Source: Oscillospiraceae bacterium
GTDB lineage: Bacteria; Bacillota; Clostridia; Oscillospirales; Oscillospiraceae
Length of the DNA: 64,000 bases
Reading direction: 5' to 3'
Assembly: GCA_902795045.1 (NCBI GenBank)
Contig: CADBJU010000002.1
Location: 131,115-195,114, forward strand
Position numbers and translations under genes: made by a program. The notes below the pieces were generated by a model. The model was not told the DNA's origin, made no database searches, and saw nothing but the letters and a program-made list of their open reading frames with translations. The stretch's first letter is position 1, and the number at the start of each line of letters is the position of its first letter. Positions 17,549 through 27,059 of this stretch are shown one piece after another.

Positions 17549-17561
17549 TACGCTGTGTAAC

Positions 17562-20057
17562 TCAGTAATCCCGGCCGAAGAAGCCCTCGTCGACCTTCCA
17601 TTCGGTGATGGCTCTGCCGGATGCCGTGGCGCCGATGACCCGGGAGTAATAGTTGTCGCCGCGGGAATCCGAGATCACGGCCGTGGTGAGGTAGTAGCCC
17701 TTGGGCAGCTGCTCACGGGTGACTTCGATACGGGCGGAAAACCGGATACTCTTACCCTCAACAGACTTTGTCTCGCCGGTCTTGTAATTCGTCTGTACAT
17801 AGAGAGGCACGATTTTCTTGCCGGCCTCCGGCTCAATGATGGAACGGGTGCTTGCCAGGGAGTTGATCGCGTTATCCTCATCCACCTTGCGGATGCCGCT
17901 GATGGCGCACTCGCCGGTATCCCTGTCACAGGAGATCATCAGATAGGCCTCATTGCCGTCATAATTGATATGCGCCTTGTACTCGATGCCCGCCGCGGTG
18001 GAGGAAACCGGTTCCACATACAGCGGTTCACCGTTGAGGCAGATCCAGGTACCGTCAAAGGTGCTTTCGAGGCCGCCCTCTCCGTCAAGGCGCAGCGCAT
18101 CCGCGCGGCCATAGTAGGTGATGGTTTGCTCGTCATCATCATACTTGCCGATCTCAAGCTGATATCCGGTCATGAGGCGCTGGAGCTCAGCATTCACGGG
18201 GATCACAAAGCCTTCGGAGTCGATAGCGGGTTCCGCCCTGCTGAAGTCGTGGAAGGCGGTGATATCCAGAATCTCAGGCTCTTTGTCGGTAAGCGTGGCG
18301 ACATACTTCTTTAGCTCGTCATTGAGGCAGCCCGCCTGCTTGTAGTAATACAGAGATCTGACGCTGTCACTGTCGCAGATGTCATAAACATACTCAAGGT
18401 AGTACACCAGACCGTTCAGGTCGCTGACATCAGTGGGGATGTAAACGGCCATGCCGGTGGAATCGCTGAGGGTGCCGCTGTCGCGATGGTACAGCACCGC
18501 TTCTTTGATGAGGTCCTTGATGCGGCTGCTCTGCTCGGGGTAGCTGTCGATGGTGTAGTCGACGTAGTTGCCGAGGTCCGCGGTATTGAAGACATTCGCG
18601 TGGTTGACACCGTAGCGCGTGGCGCGTACACCGCAGCGGCCGATATCCGCCAGCACGCCGAGATCCTGCACAGCGTCGACGAGCTGCGCCCGGCATAGCG
18701 CGCTGTAGGCATCATAGAGCTCACTTGCCTTGCTTGCGTCGATGACTGAGAAGGTTGTGTTGTTTTCAAGCATCGGCACATTGATGTTCTGGGTCACATA
18801 GTAATCCGTATAGGAATCGGCGATCTTCCGGCCGACCAGGGCGGGACTCATGGTGGGATCGTCCGTCAGGGCCTGCAGCCAGGGGCCGTAGTCCCAGCCG
18901 TCGCCGGGGATGACCTCCTCACTCAGGCAGTAGTAGCTTGCAAAGCCTTCAAGGGCGTGCGTCACCTCAAGGCAGCCCATGAGGCAGGCGTCAAAGCCGA
19001 TGATGTCAAAGGCAGGCTTTGCGCTGTTGGGACGGTAAACGCTCGAGAGTGCCTCGCGGATATTCTTGAGGGATAACATCTGGTCGAAGATGGAGTCCTG
19101 ACCGTAGCCGAAGGGGCCGCCGCCGTGGTCCCAGAGGACCAGCATATTGTGGTCGGCGGGGTACTCGTCCCGGCAGAAGCGCAGGAAGCCCGCCAGGGTG
19201 TCCGGCTCGGACGCCGGCTGCAGGGGCAGATCGGCCACCTCGGTGAACTTGCCGCCCTTATACAGGAAGCGCTGGGTGCGGTTCGGATTGATGAGGTCAT
19301 TCGTCCAGTGGGTGGCGCCGCCGGTCTGAATGACGATCTGGATATTGTCCCCCCAGACGCCGGAGGTCATTTCCGAAATGTCAGCCGAGGCCATGCCGGT
19401 ACGCTCGGAGACATGGACATCCTGCGTTACCACCGTGGAGGAGGCAACCGGCACATCGGGATAGTAGAAAAACTTCGGCAGCTCCAAACCGTTGTCCGCA
19501 AGCTCGGTGTTGTAGCGGTTGAGGCGGTCCATGGTCGCCATCCGGCTTTCATTCGCGGCGTCCTGTGCCGCGTCTCTCGTCATGACCGTGGTCACATAGG
19601 ACAGATCGTTTTCCGTATCGTCCTCCAGGTCCGCGCCGACGATATAGACGCTGATCGTCCAGGTTTCGTCCGCCTTGGACTTCGGCAGGGCGTCGATACG
19701 CGCTGCCCCCTCCTCGTCAATGGGAGACAGCTCATAGATCTGCTTCTTCTGTTCCTCGCTGAGGGGCTTGTTGCGCTGCTCCATGATGCTTGTCCGCAGA
19801 ATGGGGACAACGATTTCGTTGAAGATCGTCTCCATATTCGCGGCCAGCACGCCGACGATGAGCAGCAGCACCATCACGACCTTCAAAACCTTTTTCAGCC
19901 AGAGGTTCCACACCTTCTTGGGCCAGGGCGCATAGCGATAGTACTCCCGCTGCTCCTGCTTCTTGGCCCGCTTGGCCGCCTTCCAGCGCGCCCGTTTTTC
20001 CTTGCGCGTCAGCCGCTCCTTTCGGGCGGGTGCCGCAGTCTTTTCGTTTTCGTTCAT
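17562..20057 (-). CDS. membrane-anchored clostripain-family (C11) cysteine peptidase
   Basis: Basic cytoplasmic N-terminus, one TM (VLKVVMVLLLIVGVLAA), and catalytic His/Cys contexts LVLWDHGGGPFGYG and IIGFDACLMG typical of C11. The start ATG overlaps the stop of the upstream PP2C gene (ATGA). Confidence 0.85.
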   Translation of the reverse strand: MNENEKTAAPARKERLTRKEKRARWKAAKRAKKQEQREYYRYAPWPKKVWNLWLKKVLKVVMVLLLIVGVLAANMETIFNEIVVPILRTSIMEQRNKPLSEEQKKQIYELSPIDEEGAARIDALPKSKADETWTISVYIVGADLEDDTENDLSYVTTVMTRDAAQDAANESRMATMDRLNRYNTELADNGLELPKFFYYPDVPVASSTVVTQDVHVSERTGMASADISEMTSGVWGDNIQIVIQTGGATHWTNDLINPNRTQRFLYKGGKFTEVADLPLQPASEPDTLAGFLRFCRDEYPADHNMLVLWDHGGGPFGYGQDSIFDQMLSLKNIREALSSVYRPNSAKPAFDIIGFDACLMGCLEVTHALEGFASYYCLSEEVIPGDGWDYGPWLQALTDDPTMSPALVGRKIADSYTDYYVTQNINVPMLENNTTFSVIDASKASELYDAYSALCRAQLVDAVQDLGVLADIGRCGVRATRYGVNHANVFNTADLGNYVDYTIDSYPEQSSRIKDLIKEAVLYHRDSGTLSDSTGMAVYIPTDVSDLNGLVYYLEYVYDICDSDSVRSLYYYKQAGCLNDELKKYVATLTDKEPEILDITAFHDFSRAEPAIDSEGFVIPVNAELQRLMTGYQLEIGKYDDDEQTITYYGRADALRLDGEGGLESTFDGTWICLNGEPLYVEPVSSTAAGIEYKAHINYDGNEAYLMISCDRDTGECAISGIRKVDEDNAINSLASTRSIIEPEAGKKIVPLYVQTNYKTGETKSVEGKSIRFSARIEVTREQLPKGYYLTTAVISDSRGDNYYSRVIGATASGRAITEWKVDEGFFGRDY

Positions 20058-21904
20058 TCGTTTACCTGCGCTTTCTTGTTTTCAGTAATCTGTCCTGTAC
20101 TTCCCGCCGGTCGCCGACTTGCTCCCGGCCTGCCCTTGTATTCCAAACACAGCATGGTCAGGTCGTCAAACTGCGTGGCCTCGCCGGTAAAGGCCTCCAC
20201 GTCCGCCTTGACCCCCTCCAGGATGTGCTTTGGGTCTTTCTCTGCGTTTTTGTTAAGTGCGGCCTCCATGCGTTCCATGCCGTAGAAGGCGCCCTCTGCA
20301 TTATTGGCTTCGGGCACGCCGTCGGTATAGACGAAGACGGCATCGCCCGGCGCCATGTTGATCTCATAGTCCCGGTATTTGGATTTTGCCAGCGCCCCCA
20401 CCACGAGGCCGTGCCGGTCCTTAAAGATACGGAACACCCCGTCGGTCCCCCGGACCACCGGGTACTCGTGCCCGGCGTTTGCGCATGTGAGCACACCGGT
20501 TTTCAGATCGAGGATGCCGAGCCAGACGGTGACGAACATTTTGCTCTTGTTGTTCTTGCAGATCTCCGCGTTCACCGCGCCGAGGATCTCGCTGGGACTG
20601 CCGCCCATCTGCGCGCGATAATTGATGAGGATCTTGGAGGACATCATGAACAGCGCCGCCGGGACCCCCTTGTCGGACACGTCCGCGATCAGTACCGCAA
20701 GGTGGCCCTCGTCGATGAGGAAGAAATCATAGAAATCCCCACCCACCTCTTTGGCGGGCGTCATGCTGGCATAGAGATCAAATTCGTCCCGGTCGGGAAA
20801 GGCCGGGAAAATACTCGGCAGCATGGATTCCTGGATCTGGGAGGCGGTGCGCAGCTCGGTACTGACGCGTTCCTTCTCGGCCGTGGCCCGGGTCAGGTTC
20901 TCGGTGTAATCCACGATGCGGTTTTCCATGGAACGTATCTCATGATAGAGGTCCGTGACCTCGTCATTGCCCGGGATATCCAGGTCGATGACATCCTCCT
21001 TGGTGAAGGCCCGGTCTTCCTTGGCAAAGCGGGTGGCCGCTTCAGCAAGCTTCCGCAGAGGCTTGACGGCGGTGCGCTGGAGTACCGCCACACTGACGGC
21101 GATCGCGCCCGCCAGCAGGATCGCCATAAAGACGAGGCTCTGCCTGAGGAAGGAATAGCGCTCGCCGATGATGTCGGTCATGTTGATGTCAACACCCGCG
21201 ACCGCGGCAGGCTTCTTCGTATCCCAGTCGATCACCGGTTCGATCGCGGTGAGAAGCCATCCGAAGGCCGAGCGGTACACGATCGGCGGTACGGCGACAT
21301 TGCCCTCGTATTCCTCAAACTCAGCGACCGGCTGCTCGATCGTGCCGATATAAAACATGCTTTCGTCAGGGTCCGCGATGTTATAGGTGACGCTGCCTTC
21401 GCCATACTGGTAATACGCGGCATCAACGTCAAAGTACTCCTTGATCCCGAGAAGGCCGGAGAGGATGTCCTCATAGTCGTCCAACAGCGTCCATGCTTCG
21501 TTCTGCGTGTCATGCTCATCGTCAAAAACAGGATCATTTTCCGTGCTGACGGCTTCTGGCTGCAAAAAGAAGCTCTGTTGGCTGCGCATCCAGTCCCCGA
21601 TCGGCGTTTCGTCGTTTATGTCCTTCGCGCGCTTTTGTACCTCCCGGAACTCATCCGTGTTGACCTTGTCCCAGAAGTACATCAGCATATCGGCCGATAC
21701 GTTGTTGGCACAGGCCTCCGCCGCACGGCGGACGGTCCGGTCGTATTTATCGTCGACTCGCTGGCAGAAGATATAGTAGCTGATCGCCGTAAGGCCCGCC
21801 GCGACAAGCAGCATGCTGCAGATCACAAGCGCGCTCAGCTTTACCTGCATGCTTACGCGGTGCGGCTGCTTTTCCGACCTGTTCTGTTTCCTTGTCTCTT
21901 CCAT
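20054..21904 (-). CDS. membrane sensor PP2C (SpoIIE/RsbU-type) serine phosphatase with extracytoplasmic Cache-like and HAMP domains
   Basis: TM, about 230 aa external block (FGWLLTAIEPVID, AGVDINM), TM, HAMP (AVKPLRKLAEAATRF), then PP2C motifs (EVGGDFYDF, IADVSDKG, VYTDGVPEA, DDLTMLCL). Confidence 0.9.
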   Translation of the reverse strand: MEETRKQNRSEKQPHRVSMQVKLSALVICSMLLVAAGLTAISYYIFCQRVDDKYDRTVRRAAEACANNVSADMLMYFWDKVNTDEFREVQKRAKDINDETPIGDWMRSQQSFFLQPEAVSTENDPVFDDEHDTQNEAWTLLDDYEDILSGLLGIKEYFDVDAAYYQYGEGSVTYNIADPDESMFYIGTIEQPVAEFEEYEGNVAVPPIVYRSAFGWLLTAIEPVIDWDTKKPAAVAGVDINMTDIIGERYSFLRQSLVFMAILLAGAIAVSVAVLQRTAVKPLRKLAEAATRFAKEDRAFTKEDVIDLDIPGNDEVTDLYHEIRSMENRIVDYTENLTRATAEKERVSTELRTASQIQESMLPSIFPAFPDRDEFDLYASMTPAKEVGGDFYDFFLIDEGHLAVLIADVSDKGVPAALFMMSSKILINYRAQMGGSPSEILGAVNAEICKNNKSKMFVTVWLGILDLKTGVLTCANAGHEYPVVRGTDGVFRIFKDRHGLVVGALAKSKYRDYEINMAPGDAVFVYTDGVPEANNAEGAFYGMERMEAALNKNAEKDPKHILEGVKADVEAFTGEATQFDDLTMLCLEYKGRPGASRRPAGSTGQITENKKAQVNE

Positions 21905-21908
21905 GGCG

Positions 21909-22316
21909 CTACAGAACCTTCCTGATGGTCAGGATGTTCTTCCCTTCCCTGTACTCATAGCGGACATCGTCCATGCTCTTTTTTACCATGTAGATGCCAA
22001 GGCCCCCGATCTTCCGGTCTCTGGCGGAGAGCGTGGTATCCGGGTCGCTTCTCTCGAGGGGATTGAAGGGCCTGCCCCCATCCGTGAAAGTGATGGAAAC
22101 AATACGCGGTTCACGCTGCGTCTCCATCGCCACGGTCACCTCGCCGCCGTCGTCGTCAAAGCCGTATTTGGCAATGTTGCTGTACAGCTCGTCGATGGCA
22201 ATGTCGATCTGGGCCTTTGTCTTGAGCGCGCAGCCCATGCGTTCAAGCTCCCGGTTGACAAATTCGATGATCGCCGGGATATTTGTCTGTCTCGCGGGCA
22301 ATGTCAATTCTTTCAT
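21909..22316 (-). CDS. RsbW/SpoIIAB-like anti-sigma-type serine kinase (HATPase)
   Basis: GGAGGG RBS 8 nt before the ATG at 22316 (ORF-track start 22346 is possible). N-box DELYSNIAKYG, G-boxes DGGRPFNP and GGLGIYMVKK. Confidence 0.85.
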   Translation of the reverse strand: MKELTLPARQTNIPAIIEFVNRELERMGCALKTKAQIDIAIDELYSNIAKYGFDDDGGEVTVAMETQREPRIVSITFTDGGRPFNPLERSDPDTTLSARDRKIGGLGIYMVKKSMDDVRYEYREGKNILTIRKVL

Positions 22317-22354
22317 CCGCCGCACCCTCCGTATATTTGCGGGCACGCGGCCAG

Positions 22355-22657
22355 TCAGACAATGTTCATGATTTCAAGAAAACCGGTCACGTCGAACACA
22401 TCGTGAATGATGTCATTGACATTGCGAAGCTCCATCTTCTTGCCCTGATCCTCCAGCGTCTGCTCGAAGGTGAGCAGCACGCGCAGACCGGCCGAGGAAA
22501 TGTAGTCGAGCTTTTCACAGTCCAGCTTCAGCTCGGAGATGCCGTCGAGCATCGGCTCCACTTCCCTCTGGAATTCCGGCGCGGTATTGGTGTCCAGGCG
22601 CCCGTCCAGCGCGACGTCGAGGACGCCGTTTCCGAGCTTCTTCGTGATATTGAGCAT
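22355..22657 (-). CDS. STAS-domain anti-sigma-factor antagonist (RsbV/SpoIIAA-like)
   Basis: 100 aa. The phosphorylatable-Ser context LDYISSAGLRVLL is typical of SpoIIAA/RsbV. Confidence 0.9.
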   Translation of the reverse strand: MLNITKKLGNGVLDVALDGRLDTNTAPEFQREVEPMLDGISELKLDCEKLDYISSAGLRVLLTFEQTLEDQGKKMELRNVNDIIHDVFDVTGFLEIMNIV

Positions 22658-22684
22658 GGTGTTTCCCTCCTGAAAATGACTGAT

Positions 22685-24022
22685 TTATAAATACTGATAC
22701 TTGGAACGATATTTATTCAAGGCATACGCCGTGACAAAAGCGCTCAGAAGCTCCGCCGCCGGCCAGGCGCTCCAGAGTCCCGGACCGCCGAAGAGGGCCG
22801 TCAGGCCGTAGAGGCAGCCGCTCAGGATCACAAAGGAGCGGATAAAGGACAAAAGTCCCGACACGACGCCGTTGCCGAAGGCGGTGAAGAGCCCGGAGCC
22901 GAAGATATTGAAGCCGATAAACAGGCACGCGGGCAGGATGATCAGATAGCCGAGAGAGGCGATGCGGTGAAACTCCGTCCCCTCCTTGAAGAAGATCCCG
23001 ACCATGGGGCCGCGCAGCAAGAACAGCAGCAGCATCATGACCACGCCGAAGATCAGGTTCCACCGGATGCTCAGGCGGAAAACTCGCTTTCGCATCTCCA
23101 CGTTCCCGCTGCCGTAGTGGAAGGAGAATACCGGCTCCACGGCGGAGGTGTAGCCCATGAAGACCATCGAGATCAGCACCTGCACATAGGTGATCACTGC
23201 GAGCGCGCTCACGCCGACCTCGCCGTAGCAGCGGTAGGCCAGATGATTCATGAACAGCACCGTGATGCCCTCGGCCAGATTGGAGATCATGTCGGACGAG
23301 CCGTTAAAGCAGATGCCGCCGATCTCCTTCATGTCGGGCTTGGCAAGCTCCAAATGATAGGAGCTTTTGCGCGCGATGATGTAAAACCACACGGCGTAGA
23401 CGATGGTGCTGCAATAGCCGATCACGGTAGCAAGCGCCGCCCCGCGAATGCCCATGTGGAGCTTCGCCATAAAAACATAGTCCAGCACACAATTGAGCAC
23501 ACCGCCGATCATGATGACGATGGCCGCCACCACGGTTTTCCCCTCGCCGATGATGAGGATGCCGAGCTCGGACTGCAAAAGGATCGCGAGGGAAAAGCTG
23601 CTCAGGGTCATATAGTAGGGGCGCAGGTACTCGATATTTCCCTCTGTTGCGCCGCAAAGGCGCATGATGGGATCGGCAAAAAGCAGGCAAACCGCGGTAA
23701 AGACGATGCCGCAGATCACCGTAAAGGTCATCACGCGCGAGAAGGTCTGGCCCGCCTCTTTGCGCTTGCCCTCGCCGACCTTGCGGACGATGACGGCGTT
23801 GCCGCCGGTGCCGATCATGATGCCGACGGCGATGAAAAGGCTGATGATGGGATAATAGAGGTTGATGGCGCTGATGGCGAGCTCCCCCACATAGCGCTCG
23901 ATAAACAGCCCGTCCACCATCTGGTACACCCCGATAAAGACGAAGGTGAAGATGCTGGGGGCCACAAATTTCAGCAGTGACCAGAAGGTAAACTCCTGGG
24001 ACAGCTCTTTTTCCTGATCCAT
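22685..24022 (-). CDS. MATE-family efflux transporter
   Basis: 445 aa, 12 predicted hydrophobic helices. The N-terminal LLKFVAPSIFTFVF..YQMVDGLFI pattern is typical of MATE/NorM proteins. Confidence 0.9.
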   Translation of the reverse strand: MDQEKELSQEFTFWSLLKFVAPSIFTFVFIGVYQMVDGLFIERYVGELAISAINLYYPIISLFIAVGIMIGTGGNAVIVRKVGEGKRKEAGQTFSRVMTFTVICGIVFTAVCLLFADPIMRLCGATEGNIEYLRPYYMTLSSFSLAILLQSELGILIIGEGKTVVAAIVIMIGGVLNCVLDYVFMAKLHMGIRGAALATVIGYCSTIVYAVWFYIIARKSSYHLELAKPDMKEIGGICFNGSSDMISNLAEGITVLFMNHLAYRCYGEVGVSALAVITYVQVLISMVFMGYTSAVEPVFSFHYGSGNVEMRKRVFRLSIRWNLIFGVVMMLLLFLLRGPMVGIFFKEGTEFHRIASLGYLIILPACLFIGFNIFGSGLFTAFGNGVVSGLLSFIRSFVILSGCLYGLTALFGGPGLWSAWPAAELLSAFVTAYALNKYRSKYQYL

Positions 24023-24028
24023 GGCCGC

Positions 24029-27019
24029 TTACTTCTTTCTGCTGAAGATGCCCGCGATGGTCTTGAAGAAGTTCTTATGATCTTCGAGCTTATCCTTGAT
24101 CTCGCCGATGGTCACGTCCGCCTGGGAGTTATGGGTCACGAGCGCCTGGGCAAGCTTTACATAGATGTCCTTGAAACGCTCCATGCTCTCCTCCTTGTAG
24201 CGGGAGGCGGCAAAGTCGATCATCAAGGTCAGACCGTCGGCCCCGTCGAGGATCTCCATGTCCAGGATGGTCTGGGAGGCCGCCTGGTTCTGGCGGATAT
24301 CTACCATCTCCACGTCAAAGCCGTCCTTGCCGCCCATGTCGCGGATGTCCTGCTGATAGAGAAGATAGGCGCATTCGCTCTCCCCCGCCTGGTTTCGGCT
24401 GTCCACATAGGGGTAGCAGCTGTGCTCGATGCCCTTCTGCACCTGCTCGTGCACATCGGCAAAGACATTGCGCAGGGTGTCCCGGTCCTTGAAGCGGATG
24501 CCGATGGGCAGATCGCGGAAGAGAAGGCCCACCGTGGTCATGTTCTCCATATCCTCGCGCCCGTTGTAGATCCAGGAGATCTTCACATCCGGCGTGCGGT
24601 TGTAGATGGAGATGGCAAGCGCCGCCACCGTGATGAAAAACTCGTTGCGGCTGATCTTATAGGCCTTCTCCATGGCGTTCATCTGGGGCTGGAGGATGCC
24701 GAGGGGCGCAAAGAGCTCGCCCATCTCGTTGTCTCTCGACTCGTGGTCGGTCTGCGGGAAGCAGGACCAGTCGACCCGGTCATAGCGCTTTTCAAAGTAG
24801 CGGCGGCTCTCTTCATAGAAGGCGGAGTTTACCGCGTCCTCGCGGCGCTGGAGCATGAGGTAATAGAAGTCGGGATCGGCCTCGAGGCCAAGATAGGTCT
24901 TGCCGATGTCCGACATGAACACCTTCAGGGAAGTGCCGTCAAAAACAGAGTGGTGCACGTCGAAGAAGACATAGCCCGCCTTCTCGGTCTCAAACACCCG
25001 GCAGCGGCAGAGTCTGCCGCCCACGATCTTGAAGGGATAGACCAGCGTATCGCGCACATAGCGCAGCTCAAACTCGGTGAGCTTTTCCACATCTATGTCC
25101 CAAAGCTCCTCCGGGTGGTAGCTCTGCACCAACTCCCGGTCACGGTTCCAGGCAAATTTCGTCAGCAGGGCCGGATGGTGGGAGATGACGGCCTTGAGCG
25201 TCTCGGCCATCTTCTCCATGTCGATGGCGTCCTTGTCAAGCTTCATCATGGAGTAGAGGTTATACATCGTGGAGTTTGGCGTATAGAGCTGATAGTCCAC
25301 CATATAGAGCTGTTCGGTGGTGAGGGGGTGCTCTTTTCCCCGCGCCTCCTGCTCCTTCACCTCGGGCGCGACGCCGTCGTTCTGAGCAAGGCTGTCCATA
25401 TAGAGCTTTGCGATCTTCTCCGGCGTGCGGCCGCGGAAGATGAGTCCCGCGTTCAGGCCCTCGAGGGCGCACCTTGTCACAACGTCAATAGAGCCGAGAG
25501 AGTCGCCGCCCATCTCGTAGAAATCGTCCTCGATGCCGACGCGGTTGAGGCCCAGGACCTTGGCCATCGCCTTGCAGATCACCTTCTCGACATCGTTTGT
25601 CGGGGCCAGGTAGCTGCTCTGGAAGTCCTTCGCGTCCGGCGCGGGCAGGGCCTTGCGGTCAAGCTTGCCGTTGGCCTTGAGGGGGACGCTATCAATCTTC
25701 ATGAAGTAGGCCGGGATCATGTAATAGGGCAGGCGCTTTAATAACTCCTCGCGCAGGGCCGCCGGGTCAAAATGCACATCCGCCGTATAGTAGGCGCAAA
25801 GGTAGCTCTTGCCCTCCTCCTCGAAGCCTCGGGCCGCGCACCAGTCGATATTGAGGGCCTGCTTGACGGCGGCCTCGATCTCGGCGGGCTCGATGCGGTT
25901 GCCGTTTATTTTGATCATGTCGCCGCTGCGGCCGAGCAGGACATAGTTGCCGTTTTCGTCCTTTGCCGCGAGGTCCCCCGTGTGGTAGACGCCGTTTACG
26001 AAGGCCTTCGCCGTCTCCTCGGGGAGATTGATGTAACCGCGCACATAGGGATTCGTAAAGCAGAGCTCGCCGGTCTCGCCGTCGGCGACCTCTTTTCCGT
26101 CCTCGCCGATGAGCGTGATCTCCGTCTCCACCTGGGGCTTGCCGATGGGGCAGGTCTCGTAGGGCTTGTCGATCTTGAAAAAGCCCACGGCAAAGCCGCT
26201 CTCGCTGCATGCGTAGATGTTGATGAGGTCGAGGTTTTTGTTATAGAGGTTGTTGGCGGGCTCGCTGCCCACGAACAGCATGCGCAGGAAGGGGCCGGTG
26301 TTATTGCCGATCTTGCGCACATAGGACGGGGTCAGGAAGGTGATGGTGATGCGCTTGGAGAGGAAGAACTTCGCAAGCGCCGCCGTATTTTTGATGGTTG
26401 AATAGGATACGATATAGTTCTTGCCGCAGTAGACATTCAGCGCCGCGAGGATAACGATGACGGTGGCGACAAAGTTCATCGGGGCCAGGGTCGCAAGGCG
26501 GTCCTTCTCGTTGAAGGGCACCTCGCCGTCGATGCGGATGGAGTCGATAGCGCGCTGGAGATTGCCGTATTCGTGCAGCACGCCCTTGGGGTTTCCTGTC
26601 GTGCCGGAGGTATAGATCGCGTAGGCCGCGTCATGCTCGTCCGGGTCCTCGTGGCCGGCAAGGGGTGTTACACGCATGATGTCGTCCCAGTTGTCGGCGC
26701 TGATTTCCAGCTTGCAGCCGCAGTCCGTGCGGATATAATTGATGCGCTCTGGGGCGTAGGTATCCTCCACCAGCGCCCAGGCGGCTCCCGCCTTCCAGAC
26801 ACCGATCATGGCGATCACCGGCAGCACGCCGCGCGGCAGGTCGATGAGCACGAAGTCCTCCCGCCCGATTTTGTTCTCCTTCAGCCATGCGTAGACACGG
26901 CCCGACATATCGTCCAGCTGCGCATAGGTGACGCCCTTGGCATGCAGATCGTCAAAGAGGATCGGCGCGCCGGGGTTTTGCTCGGTATACTGCTGAAGCT
27001 TATCAATGATTGTTTGCAT
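24029..27019 (-). CDS. single-module nonribosomal peptide synthetase, A-T-C architecture
   Basis: GGAG RBS 8 nt before the ATG at 27019 (ORF track starts at TTG 27025). A-domain cores YTSGTTGNPKGV, YHTGDLA, GRSGDMIKINGNRIEPAEIE, NGKLDRKALP. Carrier motif FYEMGGDSLGS. C-domain motif HHSVFDGTS. Confidence 0.9.
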   Translation of the reverse strand: MQTIIDKLQQYTEQNPGAPILFDDLHAKGVTYAQLDDMSGRVYAWLKENKIGREDFVLIDLPRGVLPVIAMIGVWKAGAAWALVEDTYAPERINYIRTDCGCKLEISADNWDDIMRVTPLAGHEDPDEHDAAYAIYTSGTTGNPKGVLHEYGNLQRAIDSIRIDGEVPFNEKDRLATLAPMNFVATVIVILAALNVYCGKNYIVSYSTIKNTAALAKFFLSKRITITFLTPSYVRKIGNNTGPFLRMLFVGSEPANNLYNKNLDLINIYACSESGFAVGFFKIDKPYETCPIGKPQVETEITLIGEDGKEVADGETGELCFTNPYVRGYINLPEETAKAFVNGVYHTGDLAAKDENGNYVLLGRSGDMIKINGNRIEPAEIEAAVKQALNIDWCAARGFEEEGKSYLCAYYTADVHFDPAALREELLKRLPYYMIPAYFMKIDSVPLKANGKLDRKALPAPDAKDFQSSYLAPTNDVEKVICKAMAKVLGLNRVGIEDDFYEMGGDSLGSIDVVTRCALEGLNAGLIFRGRTPEKIAKLYMDSLAQNDGVAPEVKEQEARGKEHPLTTEQLYMVDYQLYTPNSTMYNLYSMMKLDKDAIDMEKMAETLKAVISHHPALLTKFAWNRDRELVQSYHPEELWDIDVEKLTEFELRYVRDTLVYPFKIVGGRLCRCRVFETEKAGYVFFDVHHSVFDGTSLKVFMSDIGKTYLGLEADPDFYYLMLQRREDAVNSAFYEESRRYFEKRYDRVDWSCFPQTDHESRDNEMGELFAPLGILQPQMNAMEKAYKISRNEFFITVAALAISIYNRTPDVKISWIYNGREDMENMTTVGLLFRDLPIGIRFKDRDTLRNVFADVHEQVQKGIEHSCYPYVDSRNQAGESECAYLLYQQDIRDMGGKDGFDVEMVDIRQNQAASQTILDMEILDGADGLTLMIDFAASRYKEESMERFKDIYVKLAQALVTHNSQADVTIGEIKDKLEDHKNFFKTIAGIFSRKK

Positions 27020-27059
27020 GACCAATTCTCCAGTCGTTGCAGAAATTTCCTAATTTAGT

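Noticed and set aside
19125-21925. 386-aa and 631-aa plus-strand ORFs (19125..20285, 20030..21925) opposite the C11 peptidase and PP2C genes
   Set aside because: The opposite strand carries unmistakable C11 and HAMP/PP2C motifs. These ORFs have no recognisable motifs and antisense-type composition.
24077-25741. 554-aa plus-strand ORF opposite the NRPS
   Set aside because: The minus strand encodes all A, T and C core motifs in order, so the plus-strand ORF is an antisense artefact.
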